DNA of 64,000 nucleotides from Acidobacteriota bacterium (lineage in GTDB: Bacteria > Acidobacteriota > Vicinamibacteria > Vicinamibacterales > SCN-69-37): the NCBI GenBank assembly GCA_013203475.1, contig JABMNV010000189.1:19217-83216 (forward strand), in the 5' to 3' direction. Shown here in pieces: positions 40,567-50,127 of this stretch. Positions within the stretch are counted from its first letter, which is position 1, and the number at the start of each line of letters is the position of its first letter. A program made the translations under genes and the position numbers. Below the pieces are notes generated by a model. It saw only the letters and a program-made list of their open reading frames with translations. It was not told where the DNA came from and ran no database searches.

Positions 40567-41475
40567 ATGGCAGCGTATTACCCCATTCGAGCCGTGTCGA
40601 AGCTCACCGGCATCAGCCCAGACACCCTGCGTGCCTGGGAGCGCCGCTATCAGGCCGTCCAGCCAGACCGATCCGGGCGAGGCCGCAGGTACGGCGAGCA
40701 GGAAGTGGCGCGATTGCGGCGCCTCAATCAGCTGGTTCATCGCGGTCACGCCATCGGCGGCATTGCCGTGCTGAGCGACGATGCGCTGGATGAACTGCTG
40801 GCAACGCCGGCAGCGCCGACAGAAGTTGACAAGCGTGGGACAGCGCTCCCTACTGACCTGCTGGCGGGGGTCTTGTCGGCGATTACCGACTTTGACTCCG
40901 CGCGTGCCAACGACGAGCTGACGCGGTTGGCCGCCGTGCTGGCTCCAAAGGACTTCGTCTATCAGGCTGTGCTGCCGCTCATGCGGGAGGTCGGCACGCG
41001 CTGGCACGACGGACGATTGACAGTGGCTCAGGAACACCTGGTGTCGCAAATGCTCCGCAATCTGTTGGGCAGCCTCATGCGCCTCTATCGTTCTTCAACG
41101 TCGTCGCGCCGCATGATTGTTGCGACGCCGGCCGGTGAGTCACATGAGTTCGGCGCTCTGGCGGCGTCCATGCTCGCCGCGATTGCCGGTATCGACGTGC
41201 TGTGCCTCGGCGCCGATCTTCCGGCGGAGGAGACCGCCCGGGCCGCCCGCAGGAGTGCGGCGTCGGTCGTCCTGTACGGCATCACCGTCGTGAACGACCG
41301 GACACTTGACGAGGTGGAGTCGCTTGCGCGCGCGATGCCCGAGACCACCACGCTGTGGCTGGGGGGCGCCGGGGTGGCGTCTCTCGATCTGTCTGCATTA
41401 GAGCGCCCCGCTGTTGTGCTTCGCGATCTCTCCGAGTTCGAAGACGAGTGTCGGCGATGGAGTCTTGTGAGATGA
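40567..41475 (+). CDS. carH: CarH/LitR-type MerR regulator with B12-binding domain
   Basis: MerR HTH (LRAWERRY); W-x9-EH ([12 protein letters not shown]); ExHxxG (ESHEFG). Confidence 0.85.
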   Translation: MAAYYPIRAVSKLTGISPDTLRAWERRYQAVQPDRSGRGRRYGEQEVARLRRLNQLVHRGHAIGGIAVLSDDALDELLATPAAPTEVDKRGTALPTDLLAGVLSAITDFDSARANDELTRLAAVLAPKDFVYQAVLPLMREVGTRWHDGRLTVAQEHLVSQMLRNLLGSLMRLYRSSTSSRRMIVATPAGESHEFGALAASMLAAIAGIDVLCLGADLPAEETARAARRSAASVVLYGITVVNDRTLDEVESLARAMPETTTLWLGGAGVASLDLSALERPAVVLRDLSEFEDECRRWSLVR

Positions 41476-42581
41476 CGACATCCGCGGCAGACGCCGCCCT
41501 GCATCGTGACGCTGCGTGGTATGAGTCGCTGGTCGATCGCGACCTGGTACCTGACTGGATTTTACGCGTCGGAATCCGCCGACTGCTTCGCGCCAGGCTG
41601 CGCGAGGAAGACCGTGGGTCGCTAGAGACGCAGCGGACGCATCTCCTTGAGCATGTCGCGCGGCTGAAGGCCAGTCCCATCGCAATTCAGACCGCCGCTG
41701 CCAATCAACAGCACTACGAGGTGCCGGCCGAGTTCTTCACCTACGTCTTGGGCGAGCACCAGAAGTACAGCTGTGGTCTCTGGCAGGAGGGCGACACGCT
41801 TGATGATGCCGAGTTGCGCATGCTTGATCTGACGGCGGAGCGGGCGCGACTGACCAACGGACAGCGGGTGCTGGACCTTGGGTGCGGCTGGGGCGCGTTT
41901 GCCCTGTACGCCGCGGCCCGCTTCCCTGACAGCCGAATCACCGGTGTGTCCAACTCGCATTCTCAGCGACGATTCATTGAGGAGCGGGCTCGCGAGCGCG
42001 GGCTGACGAATCTCGACATCGTGACGGCAGATATCAATACCTTCGACGCCGGCCCTGGCTTTGACCGCATCGTGTCGGTCGAGATGATGGAACATCTGCG
42101 AAACTACCAGCAGCTGTTTGCCAACGCGGCGACGTGGCTCAAGCCGGACGGCTTGCTGTTCACGCACATCTTCACCCATCGGCGATTCGCCTATCCCTAC
42201 GAGGTGAAGGACTCCGGCGACTGGATGGCGGAACACTTCTTCACCGGCGGCCAGATGCCCAGCGACAGTCTGCTCTTGTACTTCCAGGACGATCTGCACA
42301 TTCGCCAGCACTGGGTGGTCAATGGCCGGCACTATCACCACACGGCCGAAGCCTGGCTGGCGAGGATGGACCAGCGGCGTTCCGAGGTGCTCGCCCTGTT
42401 CGCAGACGTCTACGGGGCTGCCGAGGCGCGACGATGGTTCGTGCGATGGCGGATCTTCTTCATGGCGTGCGCCGAGCTCTGGGGCTATCGACACGGTGAG
42501 GAGTGGGTGGTCTCGCACTATCTCTTCGAGCGGGAGCGGGGCCCCGGAGAAGCCGTCGGATCTGTGGTGTCCGGTGGGTGA
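41472..42581 (+). CDS. SAM methyltransferase, CFA/coclaurine-NMT-like
   Basis: [29 protein letters not shown] and EWVVSHYLF motifs. Confidence 0.88.
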   Translation: MTTSAADAALHRDAAWYESLVDRDLVPDWILRVGIRRLLRARLREEDRGSLETQRTHLLEHVARLKASPIAIQTAAANQQHYEVPAEFFTYVLGEHQKYSCGLWQEGDTLDDAELRMLDLTAERARLTNGQRVLDLGCGWGAFALYAAARFPDSRITGVSNSHSQRRFIEERARERGLTNLDIVTADINTFDAGPGFDRIVSVEMMEHLRNYQQLFANAATWLKPDGLLFTHIFTHRRFAYPYEVKDSGDWMAEHFFTGGQMPSDSLLLYFQDDLHIRQHWVVNGRHYHHTAEAWLARMDQRRSEVLALFADVYGAAEARRWFVRWRIFFMACAELWGYRHGEEWVVSHYLFERERGPGEAVGSVVSGG

Positions 42582-42585
42582 CTCC

Positions 42586-42837
42586 ATGAAGTACGCCCTC
42601 GTCGGTGTGTTTCTGCTGTACGGCGTGCCGCTCTTTCGCCTGCGCTACCGATGGCGTGCCACGGTGTATCGTAGAGACGACTGGAAGATCAACGTGCTGC
42701 CCTGGTTTGGGCACGACATCGCGGCGCTATTCACGAATCGCTATTTTCATACTCCGGAGGAACGCGCCATGGCCCGCCGCTTCCGTCTCTATCTTGCCGG
42801 GTACTGCGCGTTGCTTGCACTGGTGATCACCACATGA
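42586..42837 (+). CDS. Small membrane protein
   Basis: 83 aa with hydrophobic ends; stop overlaps the next ATG. Confidence 0.6.
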   Translation: MKYALVGVFLLYGVPLFRLRYRWRATVYRRDDWKINVLPWFGHDIAALFTNRYFHTPEERAMARRFRLYLAGYCALLALVITT

Positions 42838-43622
42838 TGGTTGTCGAGTCGATGTGGTCGAACGTCTGGATGACGCTGTGGGTGAGCCTGCTCATTCAGG
42901 CGGTGTTCTTCGCCTTTGCCGCCACGTTTCGCACCGACAAGGTGACGGACCTGTCGTACGGGCTGACCTTTATCATTCTTGCGGTCGTCCTGCTGACCCA
43001 GAGTGATACGGCGGGCCTGGCCGGAATAGTGTTGGCCGGGATGGTGGTGCTCTGGGGGGTGCGCCTGGCGGGCTACCTGCTGTCTCGTATCCTCGCGATC
43101 GGTCGTGACGCACGGTTCGATGGTGTACGCGAACGGTTCTGGCCCTTCTTCCTCTTCTGGCTGGGGCAGGGCGTCGCCGTGTGGGTCATCATGTTGCCTG
43201 TCACGATGTGGTTTTCCCGCCCGGGGCCCTGGACGACGTGGATGTGGGTGGGTGGGGCGATCTGGGCGCTTGGCCTGGTGATCGAAACCATTTCCGACGC
43301 ACAGAAGTTCGTCGCCAAACAGGCGCCCGGCGGCAACGATCGCTGGATGACCACTGGTTTGTGGAAGTACAGTCGGCATCCGAACTACTTCGGCGAGTTG
43401 CTGTGTTGGTGGGGCGTGTTCGTGTTCGCGGCGGGCAGCTATGCTGGCGCGGCCTGGATCGGCGTGACCGGTCCGGTCGCGATCACCTGGATCCTGTTAC
43501 GCGTGACGGGTATTCCGACACTTGAGGCCAGTGCGGCGAAGAAGTGGGGGACCAGCGAGGGCTATCAGGCACACGTCCAGCGCACGAGCCGCCTGATCCC
43601 CTGGCCCCCGCGGGCGCACTAG
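42834..43622 (+). CDS. DUF1295 (steroid 5-alpha-reductase-like) membrane protein
   Basis: D.RF, D.QK, GLWKYSRHPNYFGE and GIP.LE motifs. Confidence 0.9.
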   Translation: MMVVESMWSNVWMTLWVSLLIQAVFFAFAATFRTDKVTDLSYGLTFIILAVVLLTQSDTAGLAGIVLAGMVVLWGVRLAGYLLSRILAIGRDARFDGVRERFWPFFLFWLGQGVAVWVIMLPVTMWFSRPGPWTTWMWVGGAIWALGLVIETISDAQKFVAKQAPGGNDRWMTTGLWKYSRHPNYFGELLCWWGVFVFAAGSYAGAAWIGVTGPVAITWILLRVTGIPTLEASAAKKWGTSEGYQAHVQRTSRLIPWPPRAH

Positions 43623-45112
43623 TTCGTCCCAGAAATGGGTTCGTAGCTCCACTCCGCCAGATACCGCTTCATCCGCAACTTGCGGACGGTGTTGTCGGTA
43701 CTCATGTAGCGGATGGTTCCGAAGATGGGGCGCTCGGGGCCCCACGGGCGGTCGTAACGCCCCAGCGTCCAGCAGTAGCCCGAATAGGAATTGGGATTCC
43801 GGCCATCCAGCGCCAGCCGGTCCATGATGGCCTTCATCGTCTCCAACGCCTCTTCCGGCGAACGCGTCCACTCCAGAATCTTCTTTCCCCAGACCATGCG
43901 CAGGTAGTTGTCACACGTGCCCGTGGCAGCCAGTTGCCGCTGCGCCGCGTTCCACACGCGGTCGTGCGTTCCCGCTGCCATGAAGGTGTCGAGGTCGTAG
44001 GTGTAGGCGCGTTCGTCACTTGCATGCGCATCGAGCGTGGCCCGCGCCCAGGCCGGCAACGACGAGTACTTGTCGTAGTCATCAGGCCGCAACGCACACA
44101 TGTTGAACCCGAGCTCCCGCCACGTGATGAGCTGATCAAGAAAACCCTCCGCCGACGCGGACGCGCCCCACCATCCGGCACGCTGGCCCTTCTTGCCTGG
44201 CCCCAAGCGTCGGCTGGTCCAGCGCTCGGCGGTCATGACGGCCTCAAAGACCGCGTGCGACGTAATGTGCCCGAAGTGCAGATATGGCGACAACCCGCTG
44301 GCCATCTCATCGTCTGGATGCGAATGTCCGTCGGCGTAGTGCGGGAGTCGTTCGCGAATGAAGCGATCAAGCGTCTGCTGCGCGGCCTTCGGGCCACCTT
44401 TGATCGGCGCCACTCCGACGGAATGATCGAGCGGCAGCGAAGCCAAAAGCGCGGCTGGGTTGTCAAGCGTCGCAAGCGTTGTCGACGGCCAGCGGTCGAT
44501 CACATCCTGCCGCAGCGCCTTGAGGCGCGGCAGGCCGGTCCAGTCGATGACAGACGCCGGCCAGTCCGACAAATGATCGCGGAAGGAACCCTGCAGATAG
44601 GAACGGAACGAATAGGCGGTGAGGAAGACCTTCGTCGTGGCGCGCATCGGCAGGACGCCATTGGAATCGACGGCATCCAGGCGAACGTCCAGTGCCTGAA
44701 GCCGACGACCGGCCGCCGCCACCATCCGCGGCAGGAAGAATGACGGGAAGTCGTCTGTCACCACCAGACACGCGTCGGCCGCCAGCGCTTCCAGCAACCC
44801 CTTCCCTGCTCCTCGCGCCGGCTCCACATAGGGGATATAGGTGACGTTTGTTCCTTCCAGTGCACGCGCGTGATCGGCCATGCCATCGATGACGAATCGA
44901 TGGAGCCTGTCGCTCGCCCACGGATAGTCGCACCGGAGCGCTTCGAGAATGACCAGCGGCTTGCCCCACGCACACGCCTGTTCCACAGCATGCTGGAGCG
45001 CGAAGTTGGACGACACGCGCCGGTACGCCGTCATCCAATAGAGGACGAACGCCTCGTCTGGACGAGCCGATGCGGTGTTGACCGGACGGATGCGAACGAC
45101 AGGTACAGGCAT
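43619..45112 (-). CDS. phrB: Class II CPD DNA photolyase
   Basis: VLYWM..YRR..NFAL, SGLSPYLHFG, WRELG.N, YLRMVWGKKILEW and DGRNPNSY motifs. Confidence 0.9.
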   Translation of the reverse strand: MPVPVVRIRPVNTASARPDEAFVLYWMTAYRRVSSNFALQHAVEQACAWGKPLVILEALRCDYPWASDRLHRFVIDGMADHARALEGTNVTYIPYVEPARGAGKGLLEALAADACLVVTDDFPSFFLPRMVAAAGRRLQALDVRLDAVDSNGVLPMRATTKVFLTAYSFRSYLQGSFRDHLSDWPASVIDWTGLPRLKALRQDVIDRWPSTTLATLDNPAALLASLPLDHSVGVAPIKGGPKAAQQTLDRFIRERLPHYADGHSHPDDEMASGLSPYLHFGHITSHAVFEAVMTAERWTSRRLGPGKKGQRAGWWGASASAEGFLDQLITWRELGFNMCALRPDDYDKYSSLPAWARATLDAHASDERAYTYDLDTFMAAGTHDRVWNAAQRQLAATGTCDNYLRMVWGKKILEWTRSPEEALETMKAIMDRLALDGRNPNSYSGYCWTLGRYDRPWGPERPIFGTIRYMSTDNTVRKLRMKRYLAEWSYEPISGTN

Positions 45113-45124
45113 GTCTGTCAGCGC

Positions 45125-45754
45125 CTACCCCAGCGGCAGCCACATCAGGATGAGCACATCCCACAGCAGATGCGCGACCAGCGCCGGCGCCACACTGCCG
45201 GTCACCGCCCTCAGCGCGCTCCAGACAAGACCGCAACCAAACGCCACCAGCACCAGCACCGGTGACCCAATCGGCGCGTGCGCCAGGGCGTAGACCACGG
45301 CGATGGCCACCACACCGACCAGCATTCCTGGCCACGACCGATCCGCGAATCTCAGCCGATCGGCGATCGCGCCCTGCACAACACCACGCCACACCAGTTC
45401 CTCGCCGATAACCACGGGGACGAACGCGATCCACGTCACGACCGCCGCCGGCGCGCGGAATGACGCGTAGAGACTGGCCGTATCGGACGCAATCGAGGGC
45501 ACGGCGCTGAGCACCATCGGATAGAGCACATACGTGGCCGCACTCATGGCGCCGCCAACCGCAAGGCCAATCGCCACCAGCGACATCGTCGGCCGCAACG
45601 CGCTCCGCACTCCCGAAAGGTCCCTCGCCGCGATGAGCACTCCCAGGATGACCGCCACACTGCCAACGGCCACCCAGATGCCAAACGTCCCGCTGAGCGC
45701 CGCCGCCGCGGTCCACGCCACGACGCAGATGACGGCAAGCATCGTGGACTTCAT
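45125..45754 (-). CDS. CPBP/CAAX (Abi) intramembrane protease
   Basis: EELVWRG, YALAH and AHLLWD motifs. Confidence 0.85.
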   Translation of the reverse strand: MKSTMLAVICVVAWTAAAALSGTFGIWVAVGSVAVILGVLIAARDLSGVRSALRPTMSLVAIGLAVGGAMSAATYVLYPMVLSAVPSIASDTASLYASFRAPAAVVTWIAFVPVVIGEELVWRGVVQGAIADRLRFADRSWPGMLVGVVAIAVVYALAHAPIGSPVLVLVAFGCGLVWSALRAVTGSVAPALVAHLLWDVLILMWLPLG

Positions 45755-46722
45755 CGCGAGGCCTTCAGTCTCTTGCGCGCACGTTCCACCCAGCCCCACG
45801 GCCCGGGTACCGGGCCCTCAGTGCGCTCCGCATCCAGCGCCAGCCGGGCCCCTTCGGCAAACGTCAGGCGCCGTGGATGGCCGATGAGGTCCCAGAAGTG
45901 TTGGTCACGCGCCAGCAAGTCATCCGTCAGGCCCACAACCACCTCGCGCGCCACTGACCACTTTGCGCGCGTGACAAACCGCACCCAGTGCGACGACAGC
46001 CGGGGCGTCAGCAGCGGCACCTCCACCATCCACGGCAGTCCCAGGCCCATGACACGCGTGGTCTGCTCAAGAATCGCTTTGCCCGACAAGATGTCCGGCC
46101 CGGGAATATCAAACCACCCACTCCCGCCAGTCGGCATGTCCAGCGCCCGCTCCAGTGCCAACACCACATCGTCTATCGCCACCGGCTGCGTGCGCGACTT
46201 CAGCCAGCGCGGCAACACCATCACAGGCAACCGTGCGGCCAGGTCTCGGACAATGAGCCAGCTGAGACTGCCGTTGCCCACAATCATGCTGGCGCGAAGT
46301 TCAATGGTGGTGACACTGCCGGCGCGCAGTGCCTCACCCACGTCCAGGCGGCTGCGCAAGTGGTCTGAGCCACCGTGCGCCGGCGCCACTCCACCGAGAT
46401 AGACGATGCGCCGGATGTTGGCGGCGGACGCCTCGCGGGCAAACGTCTCGGCGGCGCGGACTTCCTGCTGATGATAGTCGGCGTCTTCGCCGATCCCGTG
46501 CACCAGATACAAGGCGGCGTCGCAGTCCTCCAGCGCGCGGGCGCATGACGCCGCGTCGGCGACGTCACCCTGGACCCAATCGAGCGCGGGCTCACGGCGC
46601 TGGGCTTTTGCGGCGTCGCGGGTCAGACAACGCACCTGCCAGCCGCCGGCCTCCAGCGCGGGACGGACGGCCCGGCCCACAAAGCCGGTGGCGCCGGTCA
46701 AGAGCACGCGGCGTGCGCTCAT
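45751..46722 (-). CDS. Atypical SDR / NAD(P)H-binding protein (YbjT-like)
   Basis: TGATGFVG, YLVH, HLRSR, LRASMIVG and TQPVAIDDV motifs. Confidence 0.85.
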   Translation of the reverse strand: MSARRVLLTGATGFVGRAVRPALEAGGWQVRCLTRDAAKAQRREPALDWVQGDVADAASCARALEDCDAALYLVHGIGEDADYHQQEVRAAETFAREASAANIRRIVYLGGVAPAHGGSDHLRSRLDVGEALRAGSVTTIELRASMIVGNGSLSWLIVRDLAARLPVMVLPRWLKSRTQPVAIDDVVLALERALDMPTGGSGWFDIPGPDILSGKAILEQTTRVMGLGLPWMVEVPLLTPRLSSHWVRFVTRAKWSVAREVVVGLTDDLLARDQHFWDLIGHPRRLTFAEGARLALDAERTEGPVPGPWGWVERARKRLKASR

Positions 46723-47675
46723 CGGGGACTCAGCGCTTTCGGGTACGGCTGGAAGTAGACCTGGTTGTCCAGCCAGTCGCCCACATCGTGTGTGCGCAGG
46801 TAGTGGACCAGCAGCGTGAGCGGTGCGATCACGCCATGGAGTCCGGTGCGGTAGTCATCAATCAGCACCAGCAGTTCCTGTTTCTCGGCCGGCGTCAGCG
46901 CATCCTTGAAGTAGCCCATGATGTGCTGCAGAACGTTGGCCTGTTTGCCAGGCGTGGCGCGGTCACCCAGGGCGGCCATCGCCAGCGCCGTATACTCGCG
47001 CAGCGTCTCGGTCAGCGGCCGGTCGGCCACGCCCGCCACCAACCGGCCCAGTTGCCGGTACTTCACCGGACTGTGTGCCATGTAGAGCAGCTTGTGCGCC
47101 GAGTGAAAGGCGATCAGGTTGCCGCGCGACGGAGCGTTCAGCAGCGATGTCCGCATCCGATGGTGGGTGAAGATGCGGTCGAGGAAGCACTCGCGCAATC
47201 CCGCATCCACCAGCCAGCCCTCTTCGGCCAATGGCAACGCCGGCAGCCGATCGCGCAAGTGCGCCGCGAACAGGCCGGTGCCATCGCGACCCGGGGGACC
47301 GGCGTCGCCCTCCTTGTAGACACGTACGCGCGCCAGCCCGCAACTGGGAGAGTCCTTCTTCAGGACGAAGCCATCGAGATCGGCGGCGGCCAACTCGGCC
47401 ACGCGTGCGGCGGAGTAGGTCGACATGCTCTCTGTGCTGTCCTTGCCACTCTTGTTGCCGACGAGCTTCAGGCCCAATGGCCCCGTGATGAGGCGCAGGG
47501 ATTCACGCGGCACCGGCATGCCGGATTCAAGTTCGGGACATACAGGAACAAATTCGACGAACCGGCTCAGGGTGTCGTGCACGAAGTCGTGTTTCTTGTG
47601 CCCGCCGTCGAACCGGACCTGGCGGCCGAGCAGGCACGCGCTGACGCCGATGCGCGGACGAGATTCCGTCGTCAT
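46719..47675 (-). CDS. DUF523-DUF1722 thiouracil/thiouridine desulfidase (TudS/RudS-like)
   Basis: SACLLG..VRFDG, VCPE and KKDSPSCG Fe-S Cys motifs, plus a YbgA-like C-domain (FH..HK, N.L.H..GYF, YFQPYP). Confidence 0.88.
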   Translation of the reverse strand: MTTESRPRIGVSACLLGRQVRFDGGHKKHDFVHDTLSRFVEFVPVCPELESGMPVPRESLRLITGPLGLKLVGNKSGKDSTESMSTYSAARVAELAAADLDGFVLKKDSPSCGLARVRVYKEGDAGPPGRDGTGLFAAHLRDRLPALPLAEEGWLVDAGLRECFLDRIFTHHRMRTSLLNAPSRGNLIAFHSAHKLLYMAHSPVKYRQLGRLVAGVADRPLTETLREYTALAMAALGDRATPGKQANVLQHIMGYFKDALTPAEKQELLVLIDDYRTGLHGVIAPLTLLVHYLRTHDVGDWLDNQVYFQPYPKALSPR

Positions 47676-48478
47676 GCCGCCACCTCGGTGAGGTACTGAT
47701 GGAACCGGGCGAACGACGTCAGTCGAACGCCGTACGACAGCGTCTCCGGCCATGCGCCGTTGCCCCCCAGCACCAGGCGCACGTTGTGGGCACGGCACGC
47801 CGCGCCCAGGTCATCGGCCAACTGGGCCAGGTCTGCCTGGTTCGTCAGGGCAACGGAGGCTGACACCACCACCAGGTCCACGTCACCCTCCCCTACCAGC
47901 CGACTCACTTCAGCCACCGGCGTGCGACGCCCCAGCCACACTGGACTCACGCCCACTTCGCGCAAGCAGAGTTCTGCCAGCGACAGCCCCAGTGTATGGT
48001 CATCGTCTCCCGCGCACACAATCAGGGACCGCTTCCCACCCAGGCGCACCGGCAAGGTGTCGCCAATGCGCGTCAACGACCGAAGCAACGCATCGGAGGC
48101 CACATGTTCTTCGGCGATGGTGAGCTGACCGGACACCCATCGACGCCCCATCTCAGCGAGCACACCGCCAATTTCATCGGCCACCCGGAACCAACCGCCG
48201 AGCCGGCCGCGGGCTTCCAGCAAACGACTGTCGATGTCGTAGCGCTGGCCGTGGGTCAGGACCCGAATCCACGAGTCACTCGGCGAAGCGTCTCCGGATG
48301 ACGCCCGAGCCTGGCCGCGCACGTATTCCTCAATCGCAAATCGCTCAAACCGCCGATGGCCACCGGCGGTGCGGGAAAACGGCAAAATGCCCTCGTCTGC
48401 CCAACGCTTGATGGTGGACGGAGCCACGGCCGCCAGCTTGGCCGCCTCGGTCGTGGTGAGCATCGAGTCCGATGTCAT
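47672..48478 (-). CDS. Second B12-binding regulator (excisionase/BldC-like HTH plus CarH-type B12 domain)
   Basis: LTTTEAA…TIKRWADEG…RTAGGHRRF; W-x9-EH (WVSGQLTIAEEH); DDHTLG. Confidence 0.82.
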   Translation of the reverse strand: MTSDSMLTTTEAAKLAAVAPSTIKRWADEGILPFSRTAGGHRRFERFAIEEYVRGQARASSGDASPSDSWIRVLTHGQRYDIDSRLLEARGRLGGWFRVADEIGGVLAEMGRRWVSGQLTIAEEHVASDALLRSLTRIGDTLPVRLGGKRSLIVCAGDDDHTLGLSLAELCLREVGVSPVWLGRRTPVAEVSRLVGEGDVDLVVVSASVALTNQADLAQLADDLGAACRAHNVRLVLGGNGAWPETLSYGVRLTSFARFHQYLTEVAA

Positions 48479-48561
48479 GAGTCCATGATAGTATGTTTTG
48501 GACGATTTTAATATTATATAACGGTCAAATCGACCTTTACAGTTGCAAGAACAGAATTCAT

Positions 48562-49008
48562 ATGCATACGCTCTCCCGTTCTCAAGTTGTCGCCAGGCCG
48601 TTGGACCAGGTCTTCGCGTTCTTTTCGGACGCGGCCAACCTGCAGGCGCTGACGCCGTCATTTCTCAACTTCCGCATCCTGACGCCCATGCCGATCGAGA
48701 TGCGCACCGGCGCGGTCATCGACTATCAGTTGTCGCTGTTTGGAATCCCGCAGCGGTGGCGCACGCGGATCACGGACTGGCAGCCAGGCGTGCAGTTTGT
48801 CGACGAGCAGGAGTCAGGGCCATACACGCTCTGGCGCCACACTCACAGGTTCGAGCCACAGGGCGAGTCAACCATCATCCATGACACGGTCGAATACCAG
48901 GAACCACTGGGCCCGCTCGGCCAGGTGGCGCATGTCCTGTTTGTGAAGCGCACGCTCGACCGGGTCTTCGACTTCAGGCGCAACGCCACAGATCGACTCC
49001 TGGGCTGA
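48562..49008 (+). CDS. SRPBCC-family protein
   Basis: VFAFFSDA.NL..LTP…FVDEQESGPY..WRHTHRF…FDFR. Confidence 0.88.
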   Translation: MHTLSRSQVVARPLDQVFAFFSDAANLQALTPSFLNFRILTPMPIEMRTGAVIDYQLSLFGIPQRWRTRITDWQPGVQFVDEQESGPYTLWRHTHRFEPQGESTIIHDTVEYQEPLGPLGQVAHVLFVKRTLDRVFDFRRNATDRLLG

Positions 49009-49035
49009 TGGCAGGCCTGTGTCATATCACCCATG

Positions 49036-49074
49036 CGGCGCGCGCGATTCGAGCGCGAGGCGAAAGCCATCGCG
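49036..49074 (+). pseudogene. Ser/Thr kinase scrap (alphaC helix region)
   Basis: RRARFEREAKAIA only; very short. Confidence 0.45.
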
Positions 49075-49110
49075 TTCGTCGTTATTAAAGGATTGCGCCT
49101 CGCAGGCGTG

Positions 49111-50013
49111 TTACTTCAACAACTCCGCGAGTGTGCCGCTGACGGCCTGGCCCCAGATGCCGTAGCCCTTGGCGACCGGGTGCAGGTTGTCGGGCCGGAA
49201 GGTGTCGGGCAGGAAGAAGCCGTTGCCATCCAGAAACGCGGCGCCAATGTCCAGGTAGAAGACGTGTTCCTGATCGTCGAGTCTTGAGATGATCGAGTTG
49301 ACCTCTGCGATCTGGTCGCGCACGGGGTCGCGTGGCACGCTGCGCGGAAAAATGGCGACCAGCAGGATCTTCGCGTTGGGGAAGTTCCGGCGTAGTTCAA
49401 GGACGACCGCACCAATGCCCTCTGCGATTTCGGGTGCCGTGTTCGTTCGACTGTTGTTGGTGCCAATCATCACCATGACGGCCTTGGGCTGAAAGCCCTG
49501 CCCCTCGCCATTCCGCAAGCCCCAGAGCACGCCCTGGGTCGTATCTCCGGCAATGGCGAAGTTGGCCGTACGGATACTGCCGAAGTACTTCTCGAACATG
49601 GCCGTGTTGTCGTCGCCCTGCACCCACCAGTCGGTGATGGAGTCACCGTGCAGCAACAAATCGATGTTCCCCTGCTGCGCACGCTCAACGAAGCCGAGAT
49701 GCCGCGGCCCCTGGCGCTGCCGGGTCTGGGTGAAAGTGGCAGCCACGTTGAACGGCTGCGGCTTGAGCAGCAGCCGCGACTCGAACTTCTTCAGGAGTGG
49801 AGCCGTCGGTGATGTGTCCGAGCCGATGAACTGCTGCACAGCACCGTTCACCTGCGCCAATTCAGCTGGCGTGGGACGTGGGATGGCGACCGCGTCCGGC
49901 ACCGGAGCCGATGGACCGATGTTCACCGTGGCAGGGTTCTGCATCCCCGACACCGAGGCCCACGTGCCGAGTGTGATCGCGACGCCGACGATGATGGAGA
50001 TCGGTCGCTTCAT
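49111..50013 (-). CDS. Secreted SGNH/GDSL hydrolase (PAF-AH IB-like)
   Basis: GDSIT, GTNN and DNLHP motifs. Confidence 0.88.
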   Translation of the reverse strand: MKRPISIIVGVAITLGTWASVSGMQNPATVNIGPSAPVPDAVAIPRPTPAELAQVNGAVQQFIGSDTSPTAPLLKKFESRLLLKPQPFNVAATFTQTRQRQGPRHLGFVERAQQGNIDLLLHGDSITDWWVQGDDNTAMFEKYFGSIRTANFAIAGDTTQGVLWGLRNGEGQGFQPKAVMVMIGTNNSRTNTAPEIAEGIGAVVLELRRNFPNAKILLVAIFPRSVPRDPVRDQIAEVNSIISRLDDQEHVFYLDIGAAFLDGNGFFLPDTFRPDNLHPVAKGYGIWGQAVSGTLAELLK

Positions 50014-50127
50014 AAGCCTGTCCTTTGGTTGAGCGTGGCCGGTCGCTAGCGAACTTGTACTGAAACGACCGGAGTCTACCCGAATTCTCCTTGGCGTTGA
50101 ATCGGGTGCGGATGACCACGTCCTGGC

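Noticed and set aside
43619..43622. Convergent genes sharing a CTAG as both stop codons
   Set aside because: A common compact overlap; no evidence of an IS footprint
43544..47699. 399-aa and 456-aa plus-strand ORFs
   Set aside because: Shadows of the photolyase, SDR and DUF523 genes
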